Origin: Nannocystis sp. ILAH1
GTDB lineage: Bacteria; Myxococcota_A; Polyangia; Nannocystales; Nannocystaceae
Assembly (NCBI RefSeq): GCF_026626585.1
Contig: NZ_JAPNKD010000014.1
Coordinates: forward strand, 221,207 to 285,206
Direction of reading: 5' to 3'
DNA: 64,000 nucleotides
The notes below the pieces were generated by a model that was not told where the DNA came from, ran no database searches, and saw only the letters and a program-made list of their open reading frames with translations. Made by a program: the position numbers and the translations under genes. This document shows, one piece after another, positions 49,120 to 58,707 of the stretch (position 1 is the stretch's first letter; every line of letters starts with the position of its first letter).

Positions 49120-49631
49120 GCGAGCACGAGTTCGACGATGAACCGATCACGACCAGCGTCGGCCTGACGCTGACGGTCGCGCCGATGGGCGACGCGCGTG
49201 GCAACCTGGCGACGACCGTCGGCGAGTCGCTGCTGGCGATGCTGACGGTGTTCTACCCGCAGGCGCTGTGCAAGAAGGCCAACGTGGTCATCACCGAGCT
49301 GGTCCAGAACGTGATCGACAACGTCAGCGATCCGGGCAGCCAGATGCGCGTCGACCTGCGCATCGACGGCGACGCGCTGCAGGTCCAGGTCACCAACAAG
49401 GCGACCTTCGAGCAGTACCAGGACGTCAAGGACCGCGTCGAGCGGCTGACGACCGCGACGGATCCCAAGCGCCTGTTCGCCGACACGCTCCGCGCCCGCC
49501 GCATGCAGCGGCTGCGCGGCGGGCTCGGCCTCATCCGCCTGGTGTCCGAGAACCGCTTCCGCTTGTCCGCGACGTACTCGGGCGAGAACTTGACGATGCA
49601 GGCGGTGTTTCCTTTGCGAGGTGCGCAATGA
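49116..49631 (+). CDS. HATPase_c anti-sigma-factor-type serine kinase (RsbW/SpoIIAB/SiaB-like)
   Basis: GTG overlaps phosphatase stop (GTGA); N-box ELVQNVIDN, G2-like GGLGLIRL. Confidence 0.55.
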   Translation: MSEHEFDDEPITTSVGLTLTVAPMGDARGNLATTVGESLLAMLTVFYPQALCKKANVVITELVQNVIDNVSDPGSQMRVDLRIDGDALQVQVTNKATFEQYQDVKDRVERLTTATDPKRLFADTLRARRMQRLRGGLGLIRLVSENRFRLSATYSGENLTMQAVFPLRGAQ

Positions 49632-50035
49632 ACGTCCTCACCTACGGCGAGATCATGGACGGCGGCGTCAGTGTGTTCCACTGCGTCGCCCGCGAGGACG
49701 AGGGGAACTTCTCCCTCACGTTCTCGGGCGTGGTCCGCATCGACAACCCCTATCGCTATCTGTCGGCCCTGCTGCAGGACCTGCGCGAGATCTTGCCGAA
49801 GCGCGAGATCCAGCGCAGCGTGCTCGACTTCACCGAGCTCGAGTTCTGCAACTCCAACGGCTTCTACGTGATCATGGACATCGTCGAGCTGGTGTACCTG
49901 CTGCTGCCCGGGCCGGTGCTGGTCCGCCGCCTGCAGGAGGACGACTGGCAGCAGGAGACGCTGCCGATCCTGCTCAACCTCGACGAGGAAACCATCGCCG
50001 CCCGGACGACCTTCGAGGACGTGCGAGAGTTCTGA
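49628..50035 (+). CDS. STAS-like anti-sigma-antagonist-type protein (RsbV/SiaC-like)
   Basis: ATG overlaps kinase stop (ATGA); VLDFTELEFCNSNGFYVIMDIVE resembles the STAS vLDlsgv.fiDSsGl block. Confidence 0.5.
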   Translation: MNVLTYGEIMDGGVSVFHCVAREDEGNFSLTFSGVVRIDNPYRYLSALLQDLREILPKREIQRSVLDFTELEFCNSNGFYVIMDIVELVYLLLPGPVLVRRLQEDDWQQETLPILLNLDEETIAARTTFEDVREF

Positions 50036-50036
50036 C

Positions 50037-51125
50037 ATGGTGGCCATCCTCGAGCTGGTGGAGTCGATCGCGCTGCGCGTCGATGCCGACGGCAAGGTGA
50101 CCCCGGTGTCGCCGGCGGCGGCCCGCTGGCTGGCCGCCCGCCCCGGCGCGCCCAGCCTCGGCGCGCTGTTCGGCGCCGCGTCGCCGGCGTTCCTGCGCAG
50201 CCTGGCCGAGAGCAGCGGCAAGGCGGTGCCCGAGAACCCCTGGCCCGAAGGACCTGTCGCATGGGACCTGTCCTTGGAGCCATCCGACGGGGTGCTGGCG
50301 GTGGGCGTCGCGATCCGCTCGCCGCGGGCGCTGGCGTCGCAGCTGGCGACCGCGACCCTGCTCGACAAGAGCCTGGCGCTGGCGGTGTTGCCGCGTGAGT
50401 CGGCGGCGCCGCTCGGCGAGCGGCTCCAGCCCAAGGCGTACCGCGAGTCGACGGTGATGTTCATCGACGCGGTCCAGTTCTCGCGCCTGGCCGCCCGCGT
50501 CGACCCGGTCACCTGCCTCAAGCAGCTCGACTTCTTCTTCTCGGCCTTCGACCAGATCACGACGGCGTTCGGCGTCGAGAAGCTGCGCACCGCCGGCGAC
50601 ACGTACGTGGCGGTCTCGGGCATCCCCCACCGCCGCCTGTCGCACGCCGTCGACGCGACGTTCGCCGCGCTGCGCTGCGCCCAGGTGGTGGCGTCGGGGC
50701 TGACGCCGATCGTCGACGAGTGGGACTGGAGCTTCCGCATCGGCCTCCACTCGGGGCCCTGCATCTCCGGCGTGCTCGGCTCGAAGAAGCCGGTCTACGA
50801 CCTGTGGGGCGACACCGTCAGCGTCGCCAGCCACGTCGAGCGCGTCGGACAGCCCGACTCGGTGTGCGTGTCCGGGGCGGTCCGTCAGCTCATCGAGCCG
50901 TTCTTCTCGCTCGAGTTCCTGCAGACGACGGTGACCCGCAGCGTCGGCGAGATCGAGGTGTTCGCGGTCCGCGGCCTGCTGCCCGAGCTGCAGGCCGACG
51001 ACCAGGCGATGGTCGCCAACGCCGAGTTCACGGCCCGCTACGAGTCGCGCTTCGCGTCGCCGTGCCCGACCGCCGCCCAGGAGGCGCTCGGGGTCGAGCT
51101 CGGCCAGGGCCTCGACGAGTTCTGA
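50037..51125 (+). CDS. class III adenylate/guanylate cyclase with ~150-aa N-terminal unknown domain
   Basis: VMFIDAVQFSRLA, KLRTAGDTYVAVSG, IGLHSGPCISGVLG, YDLWGDTVSVASHVE catalytic blocks; starts 1 nt after previous stop. Confidence 0.8.
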   Translation: MVAILELVESIALRVDADGKVTPVSPAAARWLAARPGAPSLGALFGAASPAFLRSLAESSGKAVPENPWPEGPVAWDLSLEPSDGVLAVGVAIRSPRALASQLATATLLDKSLALAVLPRESAAPLGERLQPKAYRESTVMFIDAVQFSRLAARVDPVTCLKQLDFFFSAFDQITTAFGVEKLRTAGDTYVAVSGIPHRRLSHAVDATFAALRCAQVVASGLTPIVDEWDWSFRIGLHSGPCISGVLGSKKPVYDLWGDTVSVASHVERVGQPDSVCVSGAVRQLIEPFFSLEFLQTTVTRSVGEIEVFAVRGLLPELQADDQAMVANAEFTARYESRFASPCPTAAQEALGVELGQGLDEF

Positions 51126-51143
51126 GTCACCCTCGGGCTGTTC

Positions 51144-51175
51144 GAGAGGGCATGTTCATACGGACATGTCCTCTC
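51144..51175. repeat. REP-like hairpin GAGAGGGCATG-TTCATACGGA-CATGTCCTCTC
   Basis: read directly; convergent gap. Confidence 0.6.
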
Positions 51176-51178
51176 CGT

Positions 51179-51763
51179 TTATTCGAGGCGGTAGTCCTTG
51201 AACAGGTAGGCGTAGAAGCCGATGACCTCGCGCAGCAACGACCACGGCTCGCGCAGCTCGAGCTCGAGGTCGGCGTGCGCGCCGGTGGCCTCGACGCCGA
51301 AGCGGCGCAGCGCCAGCTTGGTGCGGGTGACGTGGTAGTACTGGCTGACGGCGATGGCGGAGCGCTCGCCGCGGGCGCGCAGGTCGGCGGCGACGAAGCG
51401 GGCGGTGGCGTGGGTGTTGATGCCGCCGCGGTCGACGGCGATCCGCTCGGCCGGGACGCCGCGGGCGACCAGGTAGTCGCGCATGACGTCGGCCTCGTGC
51501 GGGCTGCCGGGATCCTGGCCGCCGCTGACGATGAGGCGCGGGACGAGGCCTGCGGCGTACAGGGCGGCGGCGCGATCGAGCCGCAGCTGGAGGCGGCGCG
51601 CGGGCTCGCCGGCGGGGCTGACGTGGTTGCCGAGGACGACCGCGACGTCGGCGGGGCGGTCCTCGTCAGTGCAGCCGTCGACGGCGATGACGAGCAGATG
51701 GACGAGGCCCCAGACGCACAGGAGGGCGAGGAGGCGGAGGATGTACTTTCGCACCTGGCGCAT
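51179..51763 (-). CDS. DUF218 (YdcF/ElyC/SanA-like) protein
   Basis: VAVVLGN, LIVSGG, N-terminal TM. Confidence 0.6.
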   Translation of the reverse strand: MRQVRKYILRLLALLCVWGLVHLLVIAVDGCTDEDRPADVAVVLGNHVSPAGEPARRLQLRLDRAAALYAAGLVPRLIVSGGQDPGSPHEADVMRDYLVARGVPAERIAVDRGGINTHATARFVAADLRARGERSAIAVSQYYHVTRTKLALRRFGVEATGAHADLELELREPWSLLREVIGFYAYLFKDYRLE

Positions 51764-51774
51764 GGGACCTGTCC

Positions 51775-52794
51775 TCAAGGACCTGTGATTTCGCCGTCCG
51801 GCGGGCGCACGGGGAGGCAGGTGAGCCGGGCGGACTCGGGGTCGTAGCGGAAGGTGTCGTGGAGGGCCAGGAGGCGGCGCGCGTAGCCGTGCAGGCGCTC
51901 GGGTCGCATCGACCGCCAGGCGACGCCGGCGGCGCCGGTGGTGTCGAACACGCGCACGCGGCCGAGGCGATCGCGGGCGGGGTCGACGATCATCATGTGA
52001 TGGTACATGCGCTCGCCGCCGCGGGCGCGGGCCCGGTGCGAGACGCTGCAGAGGTTGAGCGCGTCGGGGACGAGGGCGGCGATCAAGGCGTCGGGGCCGA
52101 GCTCGGCGAGGCGCAGCTCGAGCAGCTCGAGGCCGTGGGGGAGGTCATCGGCGGGCAGGCGCGCCGCTATCTGCAGGAGGGCGGCGCGGCCGGCGTGGGC
52201 GCCGTCCTGGCACGACTCGAAGCCGGCGGGCGGATCGCAGGGCACGAGGTCCGCGAGCTCGAGTCGCGGCAACCACAGCAGGCGGACGCCCTCGAGGAAG
52301 CCGCCGAGGCAGCCGAGGTCGTATGTCCCAGGGGACAGCCGCACGGGGCTGCCGGCGTCGGTGCGGCAGAAGCCGGCGGGATCGCCGAGGCGGATGTGGC
52401 CGAGGCGCTCCCAGGCGTCGATCTCGGCCCAGCGATCGGGCTCGAAGGCGAGCTCCATGCCGCGGAAGATCGCGGCGGGGTCGCGCGCGCGCAGGCCGGC
52501 GGCGAGCACCTGCGGGACACGGGGGTAGTGCGCGAGCGAGGGCCAGCGCGCCAGGAGGTCGAGGTCGCGGGCGTCGACCGGCTCGAGGTGGACGGTGAGG
52601 CGAGGCGAGGACCCGCGCGCGGGGTCGAGGTCGCGGGGGCCGAGCGGATCGAGGTGGACGAGTGGGCGCGGGGCGGGGCGCGAGGTCGGTGCGGGCGCGT
52701 CCTCCTCGGGCGCAGCAGCGGGCGCCGGCTCCCCGCAGGCGAGAGCGGCCGCCAGGCCAGCCGTGAGCACCCGCGGGTCGCGCACGGGAGGCAT
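51775..52794 (-). CDS. hypothetical lipoprotein
   Basis: LAAALACGEP lipobox; no known domain. Confidence 0.45.
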   Translation of the reverse strand: MPPVRDPRVLTAGLAAALACGEPAPAAAPEEDAPAPTSRPAPRPLVHLDPLGPRDLDPARGSSPRLTVHLEPVDARDLDLLARWPSLAHYPRVPQVLAAGLRARDPAAIFRGMELAFEPDRWAEIDAWERLGHIRLGDPAGFCRTDAGSPVRLSPGTYDLGCLGGFLEGVRLLWLPRLELADLVPCDPPAGFESCQDGAHAGRAALLQIAARLPADDLPHGLELLELRLAELGPDALIAALVPDALNLCSVSHRARARGGERMYHHMMIVDPARDRLGRVRVFDTTGAAGVAWRSMRPERLHGYARRLLALHDTFRYDPESARLTCLPVRPPDGEITGP

Positions 52795-53032
52795 CTAACC
52801 GCAGCCGGCGGCCTTCGTCGAGGTGCCGGCGGGACGGGTGGCCGGGAGCGCCGGGTTGCTCGGAGCCGCGCGAGCCAGTGAGCCCCGAAGCGACGCAGGC
52901 GATCGCGCGGTCCGAGGCGAGGGTCTCGGTGGAGCTGCCGGCGATGGCGACCTGAAGTCGCATCGCGGAAGTCCGACGAGCGCGCTCGCTGGGCGGGTCC
53001 ACGAGCTGTCGCCCTCGCGGCCCGGTGCCCTC

Positions 53033-53108
53033 GAGGACAGGTTTAAAAGGACATGCTCGGTGGAGCATGTCCTCTTAAAAATGTCGGAGAGGACATGGCC
53101 GGATGGCC
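53033..53108. repeat. REP-like cluster incl. 16-bp stem hairpin TTAAAAGGACATGCTC-GGTG-GAGCATGTCCTCTTAAAA with unusual AT-rich flanks
   Basis: read directly. Confidence 0.65.
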
Positions 53109-53111
53109 AGG

Positions 53112-55196
53112 TCAGTGGGAGGCGGCGATCACCGTGAGCGTGCGGCGCAGGACCAGAGTGGTCCAGGTGTCGGTCAGCGGCAGGGCGGGGATCGTGACGC
53201 TGCCGTCGGGGCCGGCGACCACCTCGCCGTGGACCTGGCCGAAGGACCAGGCGACGCGCTCGCCGGGGTGACAGCGGAAGGCCTGGGCGCGGCGCGGGGT
53301 CACGTCGACGAACGCGGGCAGCTCGGCCATCACCCGGTCGCCCTCGCTCGGGTAGCCGGGGGCGGGCGGATCGGCGCCGTCGCCCGCGTGGACGCGCAGG
53401 GCGAATTGCAGGCGATCGACGGTGTCGACCACCGAGGCACCGTCCCAGCGGAGGAACCGGCCGAGCGCGCCGGCGATGGCGCCGTCCCAGCCGGTGTCGC
53501 CGGCGATGGCGACCTCGCCGGCGAAGCCCGCGTTGGCGCTCCAGTCCTGCTTGCCGTTGCCGGCGCCGACGCCGGGGTCGTCGTCGAGCGAGGAGTACGA
53601 GAAGGCGGGGAACGCCCGGTCGCGGCGCAGCGTGGCCTCGTCGCCGCTGATCGGCGCCCACGAGCCGGCCCACCAGCTGTCCCCGAGGACAGGATCGGCG
53701 ACGCCGTGGCCGCCCTCGTCCCAGATGGCGAAGTGACCGACGCCGCGGCTCTGCAGCGCCTGATAGAAGCTCTCGCCGGTACGCGGGCTCGGCAGGACGG
53801 TGGCGCCGAAGTGGATGGTCGGGTCGTCCTTGCCGTGCTTGAGGAACAGGAACTGGTCGCGGGCCTCGACTGACTCGGCGAGGGCGCGCGTCAGATCCAT
53901 GTGATCCCAGGCCGACAGGCCGCCGCCGCCGTCGAGGTCGAGCTCCGGCGCGCCCCACCAGCCGGACAGCTGGGTGATCCGCGACGGCCGGTGATTGCGC
54001 GCGATCGCCTGGCCGAGGCGCGCGTCGATGTAGGCGAAGTGACGCCCGCGCAGGAGGCCGAGCAGCATCGCCCCGGCGCCGCCCATCGAGCTGCCGTAGA
54101 CGTAGACGCGCTGCGGGTCGGCCTCGGGGTGGTGGCGCAGGACGTACTCGACGAGGTGGAGCACGCGGCGCATGGTGTAGTCGGGCGCGGCGCCGCCGGC
54201 CGCGGGATCGACGTCGGGCAGCGAATCGGCGTAGCCCCACCAGTAGGTGTTGTCGGGGTCGTGCGGGGAGATCCGGATCTCGTTGGCCGAGCCGGTGCCG
54301 CCGGGGTTGGCGGTGGCGAAGCCGTGCAGGCCGATCCGCACCGGCACGCCCTCGAGCGGGACCTCGAGCGGGACCATGACCTTGGCGACGAACTCGCGGC
54401 CGGCGTAGCCCGGGCTGTCGAGGTACTCATCTGTCTTTTGGGACAGGATGTAACGGACATATCCGCTGGCGTCGAGGAACTCGGTGTCGACGACCTCGGG
54501 CCACGGCGGCTGGATGGTGTCGCGGACGACGACGTCGAAGGTGGCCTCGACGCGCGACTCGTGGTCGTGGGCGAGCACCGTGACGGTCCAGCGATCGCCG
54601 CCCTGGGTGAAGTCGGGGGTGAAGCGGAAGGTGCGGGTCGGCTCGTCCCAGGTGGCGCCCGGCGGCAGGCCGAGCACGTGGACGCGCAGGGCCGCGGGAT
54701 CGGCGACGTCGACGACGTCGACGACGAGGCCGACCTCGGTGTCCTCGTCGACCCCGACCTCGGCGGGGACGAGGATCCGCGGGGCCGAGCGTTCGACGGC
54801 GAGGGTCAGCGGGCGCGACTCCTCGTCGTCGCGGCGGACCAGCACCTCGTAGTCGCCGCGCTTGCGCGGGCCGCTGTGGGCGTGCAACTCGCCGCCCGAG
54901 ACGAAGGTGGTCGGCAGCTCCTGGCCGGCGACGACGACGACGCTGGAGCGCGTGAAGCCGGCGCCGGTGACGTGGAGGTCGAAGGCGACGCCGCCGGGCG
55001 CAGGGTCGGGCGAGAGCGCGTCGAGCTCGAGCGGCGAGAGCTGAGGGCCGCCCAGCGGGCCCTGGCTGACGGGCGGGCGCGTCGGGGGCGTCTGGTCGTC
55101 AGGGATGGCGCCCGAGGGGCCGCTGTAACAGCCGGCGAGGGCGAGCCACGTGACCGTGAGGCACGCGCGCGAGACCAGGCCAGAGCAGGACAACAT
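53112..55196 (-). CDS. secreted alpha/beta-hydrolase (esterase/peptidase S9-like) lipoprotein
   Basis: WLALAGC lipobox; YVYGSSMGGAGAM GxSxG nucleophile elbow; Ig-like N-terminal region. Confidence 0.6.
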   Translation of the reverse strand: MLSCSGLVSRACLTVTWLALAGCYSGPSGAIPDDQTPPTRPPVSQGPLGGPQLSPLELDALSPDPAPGGVAFDLHVTGAGFTRSSVVVVAGQELPTTFVSGGELHAHSGPRKRGDYEVLVRRDDEESRPLTLAVERSAPRILVPAEVGVDEDTEVGLVVDVVDVADPAALRVHVLGLPPGATWDEPTRTFRFTPDFTQGGDRWTVTVLAHDHESRVEATFDVVVRDTIQPPWPEVVDTEFLDASGYVRYILSQKTDEYLDSPGYAGREFVAKVMVPLEVPLEGVPVRIGLHGFATANPGGTGSANEIRISPHDPDNTYWWGYADSLPDVDPAAGGAAPDYTMRRVLHLVEYVLRHHPEADPQRVYVYGSSMGGAGAMLLGLLRGRHFAYIDARLGQAIARNHRPSRITQLSGWWGAPELDLDGGGGLSAWDHMDLTRALAESVEARDQFLFLKHGKDDPTIHFGATVLPSPRTGESFYQALQSRGVGHFAIWDEGGHGVADPVLGDSWWAGSWAPISGDEATLRRDRAFPAFSYSSLDDDPGVGAGNGKQDWSANAGFAGEVAIAGDTGWDGAIAGALGRFLRWDGASVVDTVDRLQFALRVHAGDGADPPAPGYPSEGDRVMAELPAFVDVTPRRAQAFRCHPGERVAWSFGQVHGEVVAGPDGSVTIPALPLTDTWTTLVLRRTLTVIAASH

Positions 55197-55430
55197 ACGC
55201 TGATCTTTCCCACGACGTTCGCCGATGCGCCAGCGCCGACCGACGAAATTTCTGTGACGTGGTCGCAAGACCGACGAGCGGACGGCCCGCGATCCGGCGC
55301 ACAAGGTAGGTCCGCGGCGCGACCTTCCTGGGGCGAGGCGTCGCCGCGGTCACGCCTCCGGTGCCCCGCTCGAACCCCTAGGGCTTCCGCCGGATGTCGA
55401 TTGCGACATGGCGGAAAGGACATGCCAAGA

Positions 55431-58400
55431 TCAGGCCGGGTGACGCTCGAGCCAGGCGTCGACCTCGGCCCGGTAGTGCTTCGCCCCTGCCTTCCGGAAT
55501 AGGGTCTGCGCCGAAACAGCGAGGGCACGTGCCTGTGCGCGATCTCCGCGAGAGTCCCAGAGGACCTGTGCGAGCTGGAATTCGGCCTGGGCGCGCTGGA
55601 TGGGGGCGTTGCGCGGATCGAGCAAGGAAATGCTGCGCTCGAGGTCGCGGCGCGCGTCGTCGAGGCGACCTTGCGACTGCCGCACCTTGGCGCGAGGGGT
55701 CAGGACCTCGGACATCCACAGCGAGTCGCCGCCGTAGTTGCGCTCGATCGCCGCGACTGCGGCGTCGGCCTCGCGCTCGGCCGCCGACAGATCGCCGAGG
55801 CCCGCGAGCGCGACCCCCCGGATCGCCCGGCTGACGGCGGTATAGAGGTTGTCTTCGCCGAGCACCGAGACGGACAGGGGCAAGGCCTTGTCGGTGTGGT
55901 CGCGGGCGGCGGCGTAGTTGTCGCGGGCGAGCTCGATCTGCGCCAGGGCGAGGTGGGCCAGCACGATGCCCTGGGGGTCGGGGCTCTGCGCGGCGCTCCA
56001 GATGGCGAGCGCGCGGGTGGCGTGCTGCTCGGCCAGACCGAGCTCGCCGCGCACCTGCTGGACCGAAGCGAGGCGCTCGAGCATGGCGGCCACGCGGGTG
56101 CTCAGCGGGCCGAAGTTGTGCTCCCAGATCGCCCGCGCCTCCTCGTAGGCGTCGAGGGCCTCGCCGAAGTCGCCGCGCTGGGCGGCGATGTCGGCCAGCG
56201 CCGACAGCGGGTACGCGAGCCGCTCGTGGCGCGGCGGCAGGGCGGCGCGGAGGATCGTCAGGGCGGCGCGCTGGTGCTTCTCGGCGGTGTCGAAGTCGCC
56301 GCGCAGGGTGGCGACGTTGCCGAGGTCGGCCAGCGAGAAGGCGTTGTTCGGGTGACCCTCGCCGTAGATGTCGCGGCGCAGGGCCAGCAGGTCCTCGAAG
56401 ATGATCTGCGCCGGCTCGAGCTGACCGAGGCTGAGGTGGACGTTGGCGAGGTTCTGGCGCGTGGTGACGGAGGGGACCGAGCGCTCGGGCAGGTCGGCGA
56501 GCGAGCGGCGGTAGTGGTCGATGGCGGTGCCGTACTCGCGGCGGGCCTCGGCGATCTGGCCGCGGCGGAACTCGAGGTCACCGCCGAGGCGGGGCGGGCG
56601 ACCGAGGCGCTCGTGCAGGGCCTCGGCGTGGCGCAGCCACGGCTGGGCGTCGTCGGGGTGGCCGAGGGTCTGCGCCAGGCGGCCGGCGAAGCCGCTGGCT
56701 GTCTCGAAGGCCAGGCGATCGTGACCGGCGGCGAGCGCCTCCCAGTAGGCCTCGCCGTAGACGCGGACGCAGTCGTCGTACTTGCTGGCGACGAACAGCT
56801 GGTCGGCGAGCTGCGCCAGCACCTCGGCGCGCAGCGGTCGATAGCCGAGGTCGCGCGAGCGCTGCTCGGCGGCCTCGAGCAGGTTGAGACCGGCGCCCGG
56901 GTGGCCCGTCGCAGCCTCGGCGCTGGCGAGCGAGAGCTGGTCGCGCAGGCCCTGCACCGCTTCGACGAGCGCGGGCGCGGGCGGGGCGACGTCGGCGCGC
57001 AGGGCGTCGAGGTCGGCGCAGCGGGCCGGGGGCGGCAAGGCCTCGACGGCGTCGTGGGCGTGCGCGACTGCGTCGGCGTCGGCCCCGGCGAGCACGCCGA
57101 GCAGGGCGTCGAGCTCGTGGCGGCGATCCTCGAGGCAGTGCATGCGCCTGTCCAAAAGGTCATGTGATTGTTCGCCGCGGATGTTGGCCGCCGCGCACGC
57201 GTCGGTGTGGCCGGCGATCCACGCCTCGGCCCAGGCGTCGACGCGCGCGCCGGCGCGCGCGGCCGCGTCGGGGGCGTAGGGCAGGCCGGTGGCCGCGAAG
57301 GCGGCGTCGAGGGCGGCGCGGCGCTCGGGGTTCCACGTGGGCGCGAGCGCCTCGGCGGCCCCGGTGCACAGCGCGGGCGCTTCACCGGCGAGGGCGAAGG
57401 CGACGGCGCCGGCGACGAGCAGCGCGCCGCCGCCGGCGAGGGCCCAGCGCCTGCGATCGCGCCGCAGCGGCCGCTCGAGCGCGTCGAGCAGCGCCTGCAT
57501 CGACGGCCACCTGTCCCCGGGTTCAGCCGAGAGGCCGCGGAGGATGGCGCGGTGGATCGCCGGCGGGACCTTGGCGGGGCGCCGCGGCGGATCGACGCGG
57601 CCGCGGGCCTTGGCCGCCTCGAGCGCGAACAGGTTGTCGCCGCTGAACGGGCGGTTGCCGTACAGGCCCTCGTAGAGCGCGACGCAGAAGCTGAACTGAT
57701 CGGCGCGCTCGTCGATCGCGGCGCCGCCCCGCTGCTCCGGGGCCATGTAGGCCGGCGTGCCGACGAGGGTGCCGACGCGGGTGAGCGGGCCGGACACCAG
57801 CGACGAGGACAGCGGATCGATCGGGGCGCCGGGGTCGGGCGCAGCAGCGGGGCTCGTCGGCTCGACCTCGCCGGCGGGCCGCGCCAGGCCGAAGTCGAAC
57901 ACGCAGATCCGACCTGTCTCTCCGACCAGGACGTTGCCGGGCTTGAAGTCGCGGTGGATGATGCCGACGGCGTGGGCGGCGACCAGGCCGCGGCCGGCGG
58001 CGAGGAACACGTCGAGGACCTCGCGCACGCCGCGGACGCGGTCGTCGAGCCACTGGGCGAGGGTGATGCCGGGGACGTACTCCATCACCAGGAACACGCC
58101 GGCGGCCTGCGGTATCCTGTCCTTCGGGACATGTTCCGTGCGGTGTGGGCCGATCCGCATGGTGGTGAGGGCGTCGGCGTCGTAGCTGCCGACGTCGTGG
58201 ACCGCGACGACGTTGCCGTGCGACAGCCGGGCCAGCGCCTGGGCCTCGCGCAGCAGGCGGGCGTGCGCGGCCTGGGCCGGGCCGTCGCCGGGGGCCACGC
58301 GCAGCAGCTTGATCGCGACCTTGCGATCGAGGCTGGGGTCGTAGGCGAGGTAGACGACACCCATGCCGCCGGCGCCGAGGCGACGCATGAGGACGTAGCG

Positions 58401-58619
58401 GGTGAGCTGAAGCGCGCGCTCGCGCTGCGACAGCGAGGAGCGGTCGAGGGCCAGCGGCGGGATCGGCGGGCTCGCGGGGGGCCGCGGGCGGGGCGACAGA
58501 TCTCCGGCCAGAGTCTCGTCGGTGGCGAAATCCGGCCGCGGAGGAGGGTCGCCGACAAGCGTGAGATCGGGGTCCGGCCCGGAGGACCGCGGGGTGGGAT
58601 CACCGCCGGCGCGCGACAT
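55431..58619 (-). CDS. Ser/Thr protein kinase with C-terminal TPR repeats
   Basis: LGAGGMGVVYLA, VAIK, HRDFKPGNVLV, DFGLA, GTPAYMAPE; long TPR tail. Confidence 0.8.
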   Translation of the reverse strand: MSRAGGDPTPRSSGPDPDLTLVGDPPPRPDFATDETLAGDLSPRPRPPASPPIPPLALDRSSLSQRERALQLTRYVLMRRLGAGGMGVVYLAYDPSLDRKVAIKLLRVAPGDGPAQAAHARLLREAQALARLSHGNVVAVHDVGSYDADALTTMRIGPHRTEHVPKDRIPQAAGVFLVMEYVPGITLAQWLDDRVRGVREVLDVFLAAGRGLVAAHAVGIIHRDFKPGNVLVGETGRICVFDFGLARPAGEVEPTSPAAAPDPGAPIDPLSSSLVSGPLTRVGTLVGTPAYMAPEQRGGAAIDERADQFSFCVALYEGLYGNRPFSGDNLFALEAAKARGRVDPPRRPAKVPPAIHRAILRGLSAEPGDRWPSMQALLDALERPLRRDRRRWALAGGGALLVAGAVAFALAGEAPALCTGAAEALAPTWNPERRAALDAAFAATGLPYAPDAAARAGARVDAWAEAWIAGHTDACAAANIRGEQSHDLLDRRMHCLEDRRHELDALLGVLAGADADAVAHAHDAVEALPPPARCADLDALRADVAPPAPALVEAVQGLRDQLSLASAEAATGHPGAGLNLLEAAEQRSRDLGYRPLRAEVLAQLADQLFVASKYDDCVRVYGEAYWEALAAGHDRLAFETASGFAGRLAQTLGHPDDAQPWLRHAEALHERLGRPPRLGGDLEFRRGQIAEARREYGTAIDHYRRSLADLPERSVPSVTTRQNLANVHLSLGQLEPAQIIFEDLLALRRDIYGEGHPNNAFSLADLGNVATLRGDFDTAEKHQRAALTILRAALPPRHERLAYPLSALADIAAQRGDFGEALDAYEEARAIWEHNFGPLSTRVAAMLERLASVQQVRGELGLAEQHATRALAIWSAAQSPDPQGIVLAHLALAQIELARDNYAAARDHTDKALPLSVSVLGEDNLYTAVSRAIRGVALAGLGDLSAAEREADAAVAAIERNYGGDSLWMSEVLTPRAKVRQSQGRLDDARRDLERSISLLDPRNAPIQRAQAEFQLAQVLWDSRGDRAQARALAVSAQTLFRKAGAKHYRAEVDAWLERHPA

Positions 58620-58707
58620 CTGCGGGTCCAGGTTATCCCGACGGTGCTGCGCTGTCGTGTCGGGCTTGAGGCGCAATGCCGCGCGCCTGTATCATCCCGC
58701 CGATCGC

